A stretch of DNA of 55,608 nucleotides from Candidatus Wolfebacteria bacterium GW2011_GWE2_44_13 (GCA_001000675.1 LCHW01000001.1:160686-216293); one strand, 5' to 3'; numbered from the stretch's first letter, positions 42,279-51,764 are shown. The notes: generated by a model not told the origin, from the sequence alone. A program made the numbers and translations.

Positions 42279-43362
42279 AATCATCGACTCAATTAATCAG
42301 GAGTTTGCAACCATGTTTACGAGCGTTTCGCTCGCTGAACGTATTATGTTTGTGAAGCATATGTCCATGATGATCCACTCGGGCATGACCGAAGTGGAGA
42401 GCCTGCGCCTTATTCAAAGCCAAATTAAAAGCAAAGGGTTTTTGAAAATTCTCAATGAAGTTATTGTGGGTGTAGAAAACGGACAAGCACTCTCCACATC
42501 GCTCGCTCGGTATCGCGGCGTGTTCGGCGATCTTTTTATCAATATTATTAAGATTGGAGAAATCAGCGGAACGTTGTCCGAGAATCTTGATTATCTCGCA
42601 TTGGAAATGAAAAAGAATCAGTCGTTGCGATCAAAGGTTCGTGGGGCACTTATTTATCCGGCGGTTATTCTTGTCGCCACAGTAGGCGTTGTGGGTGGGT
42701 TGATTTTCTTTATACTTCCGAAAATCTTACCGATCTTCATTAATTTAAATGTAACGCTTCCTATTACAACTCGTATTCTTATTGCGTCGTCTGATGCATT
42801 GCGCGCGCATTACTTGCTTATTGGGCTTGCGTTCCTTGCACTTGTGGGTACGTTGCTTTTATTACGGCGTATTCCGGTAACAAAATATATTCTGCATCGC
42901 ATACTCCTTACGTTGCCCATCTTTGGTTCTATTTCTGTTGGGTTTAATATGGCAAACATGACTCGCATTTTGGGGATGCTTTTAAAGAGTGGAGAAAAGA
43001 TTGTACAAGCTGTTTCGATTACCGCCGATGCTTCGTCTAATATGGTGTACCGAAAAGCACTCCAAGAAGCTGTTGTTGAAATTCAAAAAGGGAAAACACT
43101 CTATGCGTATTTTGAAGAACATGAACGATTATTTCCGCCTACGGTTGGGCGCATGATTGAGGTAGGGGAGAAGACAGGAAACTTGGATAACAACCTCGCA
43201 TACCTTGCTGAATTTTATGAAAATGAAGTTGATGAAGTAACAAAGAATCTCTCGGGTATTCTCGAGCCGATTCTTTTGGTTGTTATGGGTGTTGCGGTTG
43301 GGTTTGTTGCGTTGGCTATTATTACGCCGATATATGGGATTACGCAGGGCCTTAACAAATAA
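42271..43362 (+). CDS. pilC: type IV pilus / T2SS platform protein (GspF/PilC family)
   Basis: 363 aa with two GspF-type repeats (GEISGTL, GEKTGNL) and 3 TM segments. It overlaps the pilB stop by 8 nt. Confidence 0.9.
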   Translation: MAKIIDSINQEFATMFTSVSLAERIMFVKHMSMMIHSGMTEVESLRLIQSQIKSKGFLKILNEVIVGVENGQALSTSLARYRGVFGDLFINIIKIGEISGTLSENLDYLALEMKKNQSLRSKVRGALIYPAVILVATVGVVGGLIFFILPKILPIFINLNVTLPITTRILIASSDALRAHYLLIGLAFLALVGTLLLLRRIPVTKYILHRILLTLPIFGSISVGFNMANMTRILGMLLKSGEKIVQAVSITADASSNMVYRKALQEAVVEIQKGKTLYAYFEEHERLFPPTVGRMIEVGEKTGNLDNNLAYLAEFYENEVDEVTKNLSGILEPILLVVMGVAVGFVALAIITPIYGITQGLNK

Positions 43363-43480
43363 TGTGTGAGTTGGCGAATCGGTGTGTTGTGGGTCCCCGT
43401 TGGCTCGGTCGCTGTATCATATATACAGTTCACTCGCCAACGTTCCCACGCCTTCCGCTTCATCCAACTCACGTATTATT
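43358..43480 (+). repeat. 123-nt imperfect-palindrome intergenic element, copy B (pilC|pseudopilin)
   Basis: 17-bp closing stem AATAATGTGTGAGTTGG / CCAACTCACGTATTATT with two G-U pairs. Nested helices are GTGGG/CCCAC, CGTTGGC/GCCAACG and CTGTAT/ATACAG. It overlaps the pilC stop codon. Confidence 0.7.
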
Positions 43481-43492
43481 TAATCGTTATGT

Positions 43493-45271
43493 ATGATAAA
43501 GAGTAAAAAAAATTCACAACGAAATAGGGGCTTCACCATCGTTGAAATTCTCATTTCCTCAGCGCTTTTTATGATTATTGGCACGTCGACGTATCTTGCA
43601 TTCCAGAATGTGTTAGAGGCAATTTCAAAAAGTCAGGTACGCAGCGACGCCATTTCGCTGATCAAGGGAGAAATAGAAACAGCGCGGAACATGCCGTATA
43701 CCGATGTTGGTATTTTAGGGGGCTATCCTGCGGGGAAATTGTTGGCGAGCAAGACACTCTCTTTTGGTGGAAATTCGTTTTCGCTCACTACAACGGTGCG
43801 CAATATTGATGATGTGTTCGATGGGGTGTTGGGCGGTACGCCAAACGACACTGCTCCTGCGGATTATAAAATAGTAGAATACGAAATCGACTGCACTACC
43901 TGTGGCCCCTTTACTCCGATTGCCATGACCACAACTATTTCCGCAAAAGGTCTTGAAAGCGCAAGTACCAACGGTTCGTTATTTATTAATGTACGTGATG
44001 CGAGCGGCGCGCCGGTTCCTGAGGCATCTGTGCAAATTGTAAATACAAAACTCAATCCATCTATTACCATTAACGACGAAACGAATAATAGTGGTGTGCT
44101 ACAGCTGGTGGATATCCCCCCGAGTGTTAACGGCTATCAAGTTACTGTTAGTAAGACTGGATACTCTACGGACAAAACGTACGACTTAAATATCCCTGGA
44201 AATCCTAATCCACTTTTGCCGCATGCAACTGTTGCAACGCAACAGGTAACGTCGATTACGTTGTTTATTGATAAGGTGGGGACGCTTACCGTTACTGCAC
44301 AAGATCCGCAATGCGCCCCTATTGTTGGGCTTGGTTTTGCGCTGAGCGGCGCAAAACTTATTGGAATTAATCCTGATGTAGTAAAATATCCCGCAACTAA
44401 TTTTACAACCAATAGTGCAGGGGAAAAGACTATCACTAACCTTGAATGGGACAGTTACAATATTGCCAGCGTTGGAGCGCTTGAATTTACCGGAACCGTT
44501 CCGTTTGTTCCGTTTGTGTTAAATCCAGACGCAACGATGGCGGTAAAATTATTATTTGAACCAAAAGTTCCTAAATCGCTTTTAACGTACGTTATTGATT
44601 CCGCAGGGCAACCGATTGATGGTGCAAGTGTGCGATTAGTAAAAACAGGTTCGTATGATCAAACGCGCTATACGTCACGACGCACTATTGGCCAAACTGA
44701 TTGGGGCGGCGCTGATTATGATGCACAAAGTGGAAATGTGAAGTACGACAATCCGACCACAGAATTACAAATACAAACAGCGGGGGATGGAGCAACGAGT
44801 ACCGAATGGGTTATTTCGAATACGTATGATATGGGGGTGACGAATACAACGTTTTATCACCTTCGTTTTGATGCACAATTACAACCGGCACATTCCAGCC
44901 CCGATGCATTGCGTATTCAAGTTGCGACAAACAATGATAATGCAACGTGGAATTTTGTTGGTCCTGATGGAACTGACAACACCTACTTTACTGCAAGCGA
45001 CACGCTCTTGCCGACCGTGCTTGATGGAAAGCGATACCTTCGCTACAAGATTTATTTTTATCTCGATGGCACCACAACCATCTCATCGTTTAAGGATATT
45101 GCGATTGATTTTACTTCGAGCTGTGTTCCCGCAGGACAAGCGTTGTTTAATGATCTTGGACCAGGAACATATACGATAACGATCAGTAAATCGGGATATC
45201 AAACGCTTGTCGACGATGCCGTTTCTATTAGTAACGATTGGCATCAGTATAAAGCCACGCTTACGCAATGA
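43493..45271 (+). CDS. 592-aa pilin-like protein (prepilin-type N-terminus) with carboxypeptidase-regulatory-like beta-sandwich repeats
   Basis: N-terminus NRG|FTIVEILISSALFMIIG is a class III signal with Glu at +5. Repeats of the type RDASGAPVPEASVQIVNT and DSAGQPIDGASVRLVKTG, and ISKSGYQT. Confidence 0.8.
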   Translation: MIKSKKNSQRNRGFTIVEILISSALFMIIGTSTYLAFQNVLEAISKSQVRSDAISLIKGEIETARNMPYTDVGILGGYPAGKLLASKTLSFGGNSFSLTTTVRNIDDVFDGVLGGTPNDTAPADYKIVEYEIDCTTCGPFTPIAMTTTISAKGLESASTNGSLFINVRDASGAPVPEASVQIVNTKLNPSITINDETNNSGVLQLVDIPPSVNGYQVTVSKTGYSTDKTYDLNIPGNPNPLLPHATVATQQVTSITLFIDKVGTLTVTAQDPQCAPIVGLGFALSGAKLIGINPDVVKYPATNFTTNSAGEKTITNLEWDSYNIASVGALEFTGTVPFVPFVLNPDATMAVKLLFEPKVPKSLLTYVIDSAGQPIDGASVRLVKTGSYDQTRYTSRRTIGQTDWGGADYDAQSGNVKYDNPTTELQIQTAGDGATSTEWVISNTYDMGVTNTTFYHLRFDAQLQPAHSSPDALRIQVATNNDNATWNFVGPDGTDNTYFTASDTLLPTVLDGKRYLRYKIYFYLDGTTTISSFKDIAIDFTSSCVPAGQALFNDLGPGTYTITISKSGYQTLVDDAVSISNDWHQYKATLTQ

Positions 45272-46884
45272 AGAAATTAATCCTCGCTTTTGCAATAGGA
45301 ATACTTAGTGCGATGCCATCGCTTTCTTTTGCAATTGAGGAAAAATTCTTTGAATTTGCGACCGATGTTGGTGTCCCTATCGCAGTCCCAACTAACTCTG
45401 TTGCGGTGCAAGTATTTACGGTGCATAACGATTCTATTCACGCGGTTGACGTGTGGTTTGATAATGTAGGCTCATCAGGAAGTGCTACGGTTGCCTTATT
45501 AAGCTCTACAAATGCTGTACTTGCTTCGCGAACAGTTACTGTTAGTCATGCAGATCCGTTTTATGCGGGGGAGCGATTGCACGTAAATTTTAATAAAACA
45601 ATTGGGGTTACCTCTGGCGCATTATATAAGATACGCATAACCAGTGCGACGCCTTCACTTCGTCTGTATGGTGTTAAGCGCGTCGAGTTTATTGAACATA
45701 ATGCTCCGTATGTGTTAAGCGATTCGGTTGGCGCGTCATTATTAAACGATGAGGTGCAAGTGGCCGTGTTTAAATTTGCACTGTATGAAGAAAATGATAT
45801 CGAACCGCCAATTATTACGAATGCAACTTCGACCATCGCGGGCCCTGATGCAATACGCATTTCGTTTAATGCAAACGAGCTTGTTGATAAGCGTATCGAG
45901 TATACGCTTACGGGTTCGGGTGATGTTTCTGCGGTTGATTTTACAGGGAATTATGCTATTTGTTTCGAAGATACGTACTCATGTCCAACCACAATTCCTA
46001 CGCAACGTGATTCGGTATATACCTATCGATTAACCGTGCGGGATAGTATGGGGAACGAGTCGTTTTTCGATGGTTCGTTTATGAGCTGGAAACCAGGGAC
46101 GCCAACACCAATCGACGAACCTGTACCAGAAGACGCTTCTCCTGCAACACCAACCGAGCCTATTGTTGAGCCCCTTGTGATTTCTCAGGCGCAAGTAGTT
46201 TCTACGGATACGCATTCTGCGAAGATTACATGGGAAACAAACCGTGCCGCGGATAGCGTTTTGATTATTAGTACGGATTCATTAGGAGTGAATGATATTG
46301 CTACCGTGCGTGATGATACTCACGAGCTGGTGCATACGCTTACTGCAAATGTTGCACTTGTTGCGAACGCAAATTATTACGCGACTGTACTTTCTCGGGA
46401 TGCGCAAGCAGTATTGGGAGTGCAGGCGCTTTCATTTTTAATACCAGCGTCATCAACGGAAATAATTTCTGAACAGCCCTCCTCGGGTGTGGTTGTTTTT
46501 GCCTCGACTGCAAACGGTACACAAGCCCCCGTGCTCACATGGCAAGCTTCATCACTCGGCGAGCCTCGCAATGGATATCGTGTTGATGTGATTGATGCGC
46601 AAGGAAATCTTGTACGTTCAATTACTGTTGCTGCGGGCAATCATTCTGTAGCAATTGATGAGTTAGAGGGGGGAGCGTATCAAGCAATTGTGTATGCAAA
46701 TAACGACGGTGTTTTAGAAAAAATTGCCAAGCCTGTTGCGGTTGTTGTGAAAAAACCGGTTATTGATACCTATGCATTGATTAAAAAACCAATCGTATAT
46801 ATTCCATCTACCCTTTTTGTTATGCTTATTGCAGGATTGTTCGTCTATAGTCGCCGACAACGTAAAGTAAAAACTGCATTATGA
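45268..46884 (+). CDS. secreted multi-domain (Ig/FN3-like) protein with C-terminal TM anchor
   Basis: Signal peptide MKKLILAFAIGILSAMPSLSFA. C-terminal hydrophobic helix plus basic tail (LFVMLIAGLFVYSRRQRKVK). ATGA coupling to both neighbours. Confidence 0.7.
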   Translation: MKKLILAFAIGILSAMPSLSFAIEEKFFEFATDVGVPIAVPTNSVAVQVFTVHNDSIHAVDVWFDNVGSSGSATVALLSSTNAVLASRTVTVSHADPFYAGERLHVNFNKTIGVTSGALYKIRITSATPSLRLYGVKRVEFIEHNAPYVLSDSVGASLLNDEVQVAVFKFALYEENDIEPPIITNATSTIAGPDAIRISFNANELVDKRIEYTLTGSGDVSAVDFTGNYAICFEDTYSCPTTIPTQRDSVYTYRLTVRDSMGNESFFDGSFMSWKPGTPTPIDEPVPEDASPATPTEPIVEPLVISQAQVVSTDTHSAKITWETNRAADSVLIISTDSLGVNDIATVRDDTHELVHTLTANVALVANANYYATVLSRDAQAVLGVQALSFLIPASSTEIISEQPSSGVVVFASTANGTQAPVLTWQASSLGEPRNGYRVDVIDAQGNLVRSITVAAGNHSVAIDELEGGAYQAIVYANNDGVLEKIAKPVAVVVKKPVIDTYALIKKPIVYIPSTLFVMLIAGLFVYSRRQRKVKTAL

Positions 46885-47492
46885 TTATTCCGCAACCATT
46901 GCACCGCAATTCAGGCTTTACGTTAGTGGAGGTACTTATTAGCATCACTCTTTTTGTCGGTATCGCGTTTATCATCGGAACCTTTATCAAGAGCGTTTTA
47001 GATTATGAGCTCTTGTTTACACAACAGCTCACTGCACAACAAGAAATCGAGACTACGTTTGCGACGGTGTTGCCGGAAATGCGATCCATGGTGCCCTCTG
47101 CGTTAGGTAGCTATCCTATTGGCCAAGTGGCAACAAGTTCAATTACTTTTTTTGTAGATATTGATGGAGACACGATTTCTGATCAGGTGCGGTATTTTCT
47201 GAGCGGAACAGTATTGAAAAAAGGAATAACACGGCCAAGTGGAAGTCCACTTTCATATAATAGTGCCAATGAGATTGTGAATGACGTTGTCCGTAATGTT
47301 GTTATGACTGCACCTGTCTTTACGTTTTATGATGAAAATTATACGGGCAGTGAGCCTGCTATGACGAGCCCCGTTGTTATTTCTGACATTCGTCTTATCA
47401 AGATATTGCTTACCGTAAAAGATCCGAATGAAACCGTGCCCCTTTCTGCAAGTATCGACATTGTGCCAAGAAACTTAAGAACTAATTTATGA
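46881..47492 (+). CDS. minor pilin / pseudopilin
   Basis: RNSG|FTLVEVLISITLFVGIAF prepilin-type N-terminus. 203 aa. Confidence 0.8.
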   Translation: MIIPQPLHRNSGFTLVEVLISITLFVGIAFIIGTFIKSVLDYELLFTQQLTAQQEIETTFATVLPEMRSMVPSALGSYPIGQVATSSITFFVDIDGDTISDQVRYFLSGTVLKKGITRPSGSPLSYNSANEIVNDVVRNVVMTAPVFTFYDENYTGSEPAMTSPVVISDIRLIKILLTVKDPNETVPLSASIDIVPRNLRTNL

Positions 47493-48982
47493 GCACTTAC
47501 TTCTATAATCAATTGCGACGTAGCGGGCAGCTTTCTGTGCAGGTATTGCTGTACGGATCAATTGTCATCATTGCGCTTACGGGGTTTTTGACGTGGACGG
47601 ATGCAGTTATTACTTCGGTGTATCGTGAATCTGACCGCGCACAAGCGCTTGCTATCGCAGAAGCGGGTATTGAATATTATCGTTGGCACCTTGCGCATGC
47701 ACCACAAGATTTTCAAGATGGCACAGGACAGCCAGGGCCGTATGTGCATGAATATACAGATAAATCTGGCACAGTGGTCGGTACGTATACGCTTACTATT
47801 ACACCCCCTGTGTCTGGCTCTACTATTATTACGATTGAATCAGCGGGCAAGCTAACTACGAATCCCGATTTGGAAAAGGTTATCCGGGTACGTATGGGTA
47901 TCCCATCGTTTGCAAAATATGCCGCAGTGCTCAATGCGAATGTGCGGTTTGGACAAGGAACAGAAGTGTTTGGAGAAATCCATTCCAACGGTGGCGTGCG
48001 GTTTGATGGCATTGCGCATAATCTTGTTACCAGTGCACAAGATCAATATGATGATCCCGACCATACTGGGCAGAAAGAATTTGGTGTGCATACCCATGTT
48101 AATGTGCCACCGGCAACGGGTGTTACCGATACAGCTCGTCCACTCGAATCTCCTCCTGATGCAGTGCAGGATCGTTCGGATGTGTTTTTGGTGGGGCGTC
48201 AGTTTCCTGTGCCTGCGGTTGATTTTGCTGGCATCACCTCGAATCTTTCTGAGATGCGAATCGATGCTATTGCGGGTGGGTTTTATCGGCCTACATCAAC
48301 AACTGCTTTGGGGTATGAAATTGTATTAAAAACAAACGATACGTTTGATTTCTATGTAGTGAATTCGCTCGTACCCGTGCCGAGTAATTGTTCAAACGTA
48401 AATAATCAAGATGGGTGGGGGACATGGAGTGTTAATACAAAGACATTGCTGGGTAATTATCCGATGCCAGCAAATAATTTGATATTTATTGAAGACAATG
48501 TTTGGGTGAGTGGTACTATCGATGGATCGCGCGTTACTATTGCCGCCGCGCGATTTCCGGATAATGCGTCAACACGCCCAAGTATTACAGTTAATAACGA
48601 CCTGCTCTACACAAGTTATACGGGGAGCGATGTTATTGCGCTCATTGCGCAAAAAAATATTAACATCGGCTTAGTAAGCGCGGACACCATTCGTATTGAT
48701 GCTGCTTTGATGGCGCAAAACGGACGTGTGGGGCGCTATTACTATCAAGGACCAACAACGAGTCCTACGCGAGCCCGTTGCTCGCCGTACCATGCGCGCA
48801 CACTCATTACGTCATATGGTATGCTCGGTTCGAACCAACGGTATGGATTTGCCTATACCGACAACACGGGATATGTGACGCGCAATTTAGCATATGATAG
48901 TAATTTACTGTATGGTCCACCGCCAAGCTTTCCTATCACAACCGATGCGTATAAAATAATTTCATGGGATGAAATTAAATAA
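47489..48982 (+). CDS. pilus-associated protein with PilX-like hydrophobic N-terminus
   Basis: 497 aa. N-terminal SGQLSVQVLLYGSIVIIALTGFLTW lacks Glu+5. It is translationally coupled within the pilin operon. Confidence 0.65.
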   Translation: MSTYFYNQLRRSGQLSVQVLLYGSIVIIALTGFLTWTDAVITSVYRESDRAQALAIAEAGIEYYRWHLAHAPQDFQDGTGQPGPYVHEYTDKSGTVVGTYTLTITPPVSGSTIITIESAGKLTTNPDLEKVIRVRMGIPSFAKYAAVLNANVRFGQGTEVFGEIHSNGGVRFDGIAHNLVTSAQDQYDDPDHTGQKEFGVHTHVNVPPATGVTDTARPLESPPDAVQDRSDVFLVGRQFPVPAVDFAGITSNLSEMRIDAIAGGFYRPTSTTALGYEIVLKTNDTFDFYVVNSLVPVPSNCSNVNNQDGWGTWSVNTKTLLGNYPMPANNLIFIEDNVWVSGTIDGSRVTIAAARFPDNASTRPSITVNNDLLYTSYTGSDVIALIAQKNINIGLVSADTIRIDAALMAQNGRVGRYYYQGPTTSPTRARCSPYHARTLITSYGMLGSNQRYGFAYTDNTGYVTRNLAYDSNLLYGPPPSFPITTDAYKIISWDEIK

Positions 48983-48988
48983 GTGATA

Positions 48989-49017
48989 TTGCTGATATAC
49001 ACGACATAGCGTATAAT
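48989..49017 (+). promoter_or_regulatory. dedicated promoter of the major pilin gene
   Basis: TTGCTG (48989-48994), 17-nt spacer, TATAAT (49012-49017). Confidence 0.55.
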
Positions 49018-49067
49018 AAACAGTAAGTTAAAAAGGTCGAGGATTATTTTAATAATTTTCAAAACCA

Positions 49068-49511
<444 letters not shown>

Positions 49512-49529
49512 GGTACATTGTTTTATATA

Positions 49530-49560
49530 AAAATCAGCCTGTGAGGGGCTGATTTTTATT
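49530..49560 (+). terminator. rho-independent terminator after the pilin gene
   Basis: AATCAGCC-loop-GGCTGATT, then TTTAT. Confidence 0.8.
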
Positions 49561-49580
49561 TCCAATATAAAATTTAGTTT

Positions 49581-49642
49581 GTCATTCCCGCGGAGGCGGG
49601 AATCCAGTATCCCATAGATTCCCGCCTCCGCGGGAATGACAC
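49581..49642. repeat. two inverted copies of the GTCATTCCCGCGGAGGCGGGAATC unit
   Basis: The 24-nt unit at 49581-49604 and its exact reverse complement at 49618-49641 are separated by 13 nt. Each unit is itself a small hairpin. Confidence 0.8.
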
Positions 49643-49766
49643 GCAGAAGGAAGCCTGCTATATGCGCGTGCGTGCTACCTGCATTTCTTGACATTGTGTG
49701 CTAAGAGGTGCATTTTATTGATAGTATTTTGTGAACGCATACTAAAAAGAGAGGAGGTGCATACGT

Positions 49767-50030
49767 ATGGCACGTCGGCGGTGTTCCAAGACGAAGGCCC
49801 TTAAAGGGCATGCAAAAAGTCGCTCTTTCCAGCGTTACGACGGCGTAACGCTGAGTAACAGGGATTTGCGTGCAATCGTGCATAAAATCCAAACGAGGGA
49901 CGGTGAATTTGTTGAGAAAAAGTCGAATCGAGTAACCGAGTGGAAGATTTCTTACAACGAAACTCTTTGGCGGGTGCGCTACGATAAAACTCGAGGGGTT
50001 ATCATTACCTTCTTACCCGTAGATTCGTAA
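49767..50030 (+). CDS. small basic protein, possibly DUF4258-like (toxin-like) fold
   Basis: 87 aa with a strong SD GAGGAGG at 49751-49757. HAKSRSFQRYDGVTLS...VIITFLP loosely matches the H-x3-R-x3-R ... ITv pattern. A terminator follows. Confidence 0.55.
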   Translation: MARRRCSKTKALKGHAKSRSFQRYDGVTLSNRDLRAIVHKIQTRDGEFVEKKSNRVTEWKISYNETLWRVRYDKTRGVIITFLPVDS

Positions 50031-50041
50031 TACCTCGCAAT

Positions 50042-50066
50042 GCCCGAATTATATTCGGGCTTTTTT
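50042..50066 (+). terminator. rho-independent terminator
   Basis: GCCCGAAT-TAT-ATTCGGGC, then a T6 run. Confidence 0.85.
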
Positions 50067-50124
50067 ATTATTATTTATGTGCATAAAATTGACTTTTCCT
50101 CGTAATTGCGTGAAAATAGATACC

Positions 50125-50424
50125 GTGGCTATAGAAAAAGAGAGTGAGACTCGTTCAACTTCGCCCTCATGGCAACCAGGAATACAGCTGTTTTTACGGC
50201 TGAGTGGTTGGATTGGCGGTCCGGTTCTTATCGCGGTGGTTATTGGTAAGGCATTGGATGCACGCTACCACACTGACCCGTGGCTTTTTTTATTAAGCGT
50301 GGGTATTGCATTCGTTGTTTCTACGTTTGCAATTATTCACTATGGACTTAAAGAAATGAAACGCATTGATGCAGAAATGTCTGCGACGCGTCCGAAAACC
50401 CAGAACAATGACAACACAGCCTGA
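50125..50424 (+). CDS. AtpZ/AtpI-like small membrane protein preceding the ATP synthase genes
   Basis: Two TM helices with the G-x-ALD motif (VIGKALDARYHTDPWLFLL). The start is uncertain: ATG 50077 or GTG 50125. Confidence 0.6.
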   Translation: MAIEKESETRSTSPSWQPGIQLFLRLSGWIGGPVLIAVVIGKALDARYHTDPWLFLLSVGIAFVVSTFAIIHYGLKEMKRIDAEMSATRPKTQNNDNTA

Positions 50425-51244
50425 ATTAACAACACAACAAGAAGTTTCGCACGAAGCGACGCTCTTTGCTGAGCCGATTGCGCATATCGGATCATTTACG
50501 ATTACCAACTCGTTGATTATGAGTTGGGTGACGGTGGTGATGCTTGTTGTTGGTTTTGCCTTGATTTATAAAAAAATAAAGCACGTGCCGAATGGCTTGC
50601 AGAATATATTTGAAATTCTGTTAGAGCAGGCGTTTACACTGGCTGATACGGTGACGGGGAGTCGTCATAAGAGTGAAAAGTTTCTTCCCATTGTGCTTGC
50701 GTTGTTCCTATTCATTCTGGTAAATAACTGGCTCGGTCTTCTTCCGGGGATTGGAACTATCGGGTTTATAGAAACCGAGGGAACACACTCAGCGTTTGTA
50801 CCGCTCTTGCGAGGAGGCACGGCAGATGTAAATACGACACTCGCGATTTCCCTGTTTGCAGTTATCATGTCCCATTTATTCGGTGTTCTCACGCTGGGCA
50901 TCTGGAAGCACTTAAACAAGTTTGTGAACTTCCATGCATTTATGGAAATTCCGAAGAAAATGCGTAAAGACCCGATGATTATTCTGGTCAATCCGATAAA
51001 GGCATTCGTAGGGTTAATCGAAATGGTGGGGGAGCTTGCAAAGGTTGCATCACTCTCGCTTCGATTATTCGGGAATATCTTTGCCGGTGAAGTATTGCTC
51101 GCTTCGATGATGGCAATATTCGCATTTATCTTGCCCTTGCCCTTTATGTTTATGGAGCTTATTGTAGGGATTGTGCAGGCGTTGGTGTTTTCTATTTTGA
51201 CTTTGGCGTTCTTCGGCATTGCATCAAGTGCAGAGGAACATTAA
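50408..51244 (+). CDS. atpB: F-type ATP synthase subunit a
   Basis: LSLRLFGNIFAGE contains the essential Arg motif. Multiple TM segments. ATG 50408 is preferred over the track start 50366, which lies deep in the upstream gene. Confidence 0.9.
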   Translation: MTTQPELTTQQEVSHEATLFAEPIAHIGSFTITNSLIMSWVTVVMLVVGFALIYKKIKHVPNGLQNIFEILLEQAFTLADTVTGSRHKSEKFLPIVLALFLFILVNNWLGLLPGIGTIGFIETEGTHSAFVPLLRGGTADVNTTLAISLFAVIMSHLFGVLTLGIWKHLNKFVNFHAFMEIPKKMRKDPMIILVNPIKAFVGLIEMVGELAKVASLSLRLFGNIFAGEVLLASMMAIFAFILPLPFMFMELIVGIVQALVFSILTLAFFGIASSAEEH

Positions 51245-51335
51245 CCATAGTAAATTAAAAAAATAATTAATAATTAAAAATAAAACAAAAATAGGGACGT
51301 AAAAGCACTATCCATTCCAAATATGTAATGACTAG

Positions 51336-51581
<246 letters not shown>

Positions 51582-51582
51582 T

Positions 51583-51706
51583 CAGAATTTGTGAATCTGG
51601 CGAGCTGCTATGTTGCCGACTACGTTTGCTTCCGCGAAGGAGGTTTACTCCATCTTGGTCGCAAGCCTCGTCGGCGCCTTGCATCTCATCCAGCTTCGCA
51701 AATCTG
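51583..51706 (+). repeat. 124-nt imperfect-palindrome intergenic element, copy C (atpE|atpF)
   Basis: Closing stem CAGAATTTGTGAATCTGG / CCAGCTTCGCAAATCTG (one bulge, one mismatch, G-U pairs). Nested helices are GCCGAC/GTCGGC, GTTTGC/GCAAGC and GGAG/CTCC. It shares the GTGA..GGCGA, TGTTG and GCGCCTT..CTCATCC motifs with copies A and B. Confidence 0.6.
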
Positions 51707-51764
51707 ATAGCCTCCGTATTTCATCTAAATACAGAAGTTTTAACAACGATAAATTACTACACGA

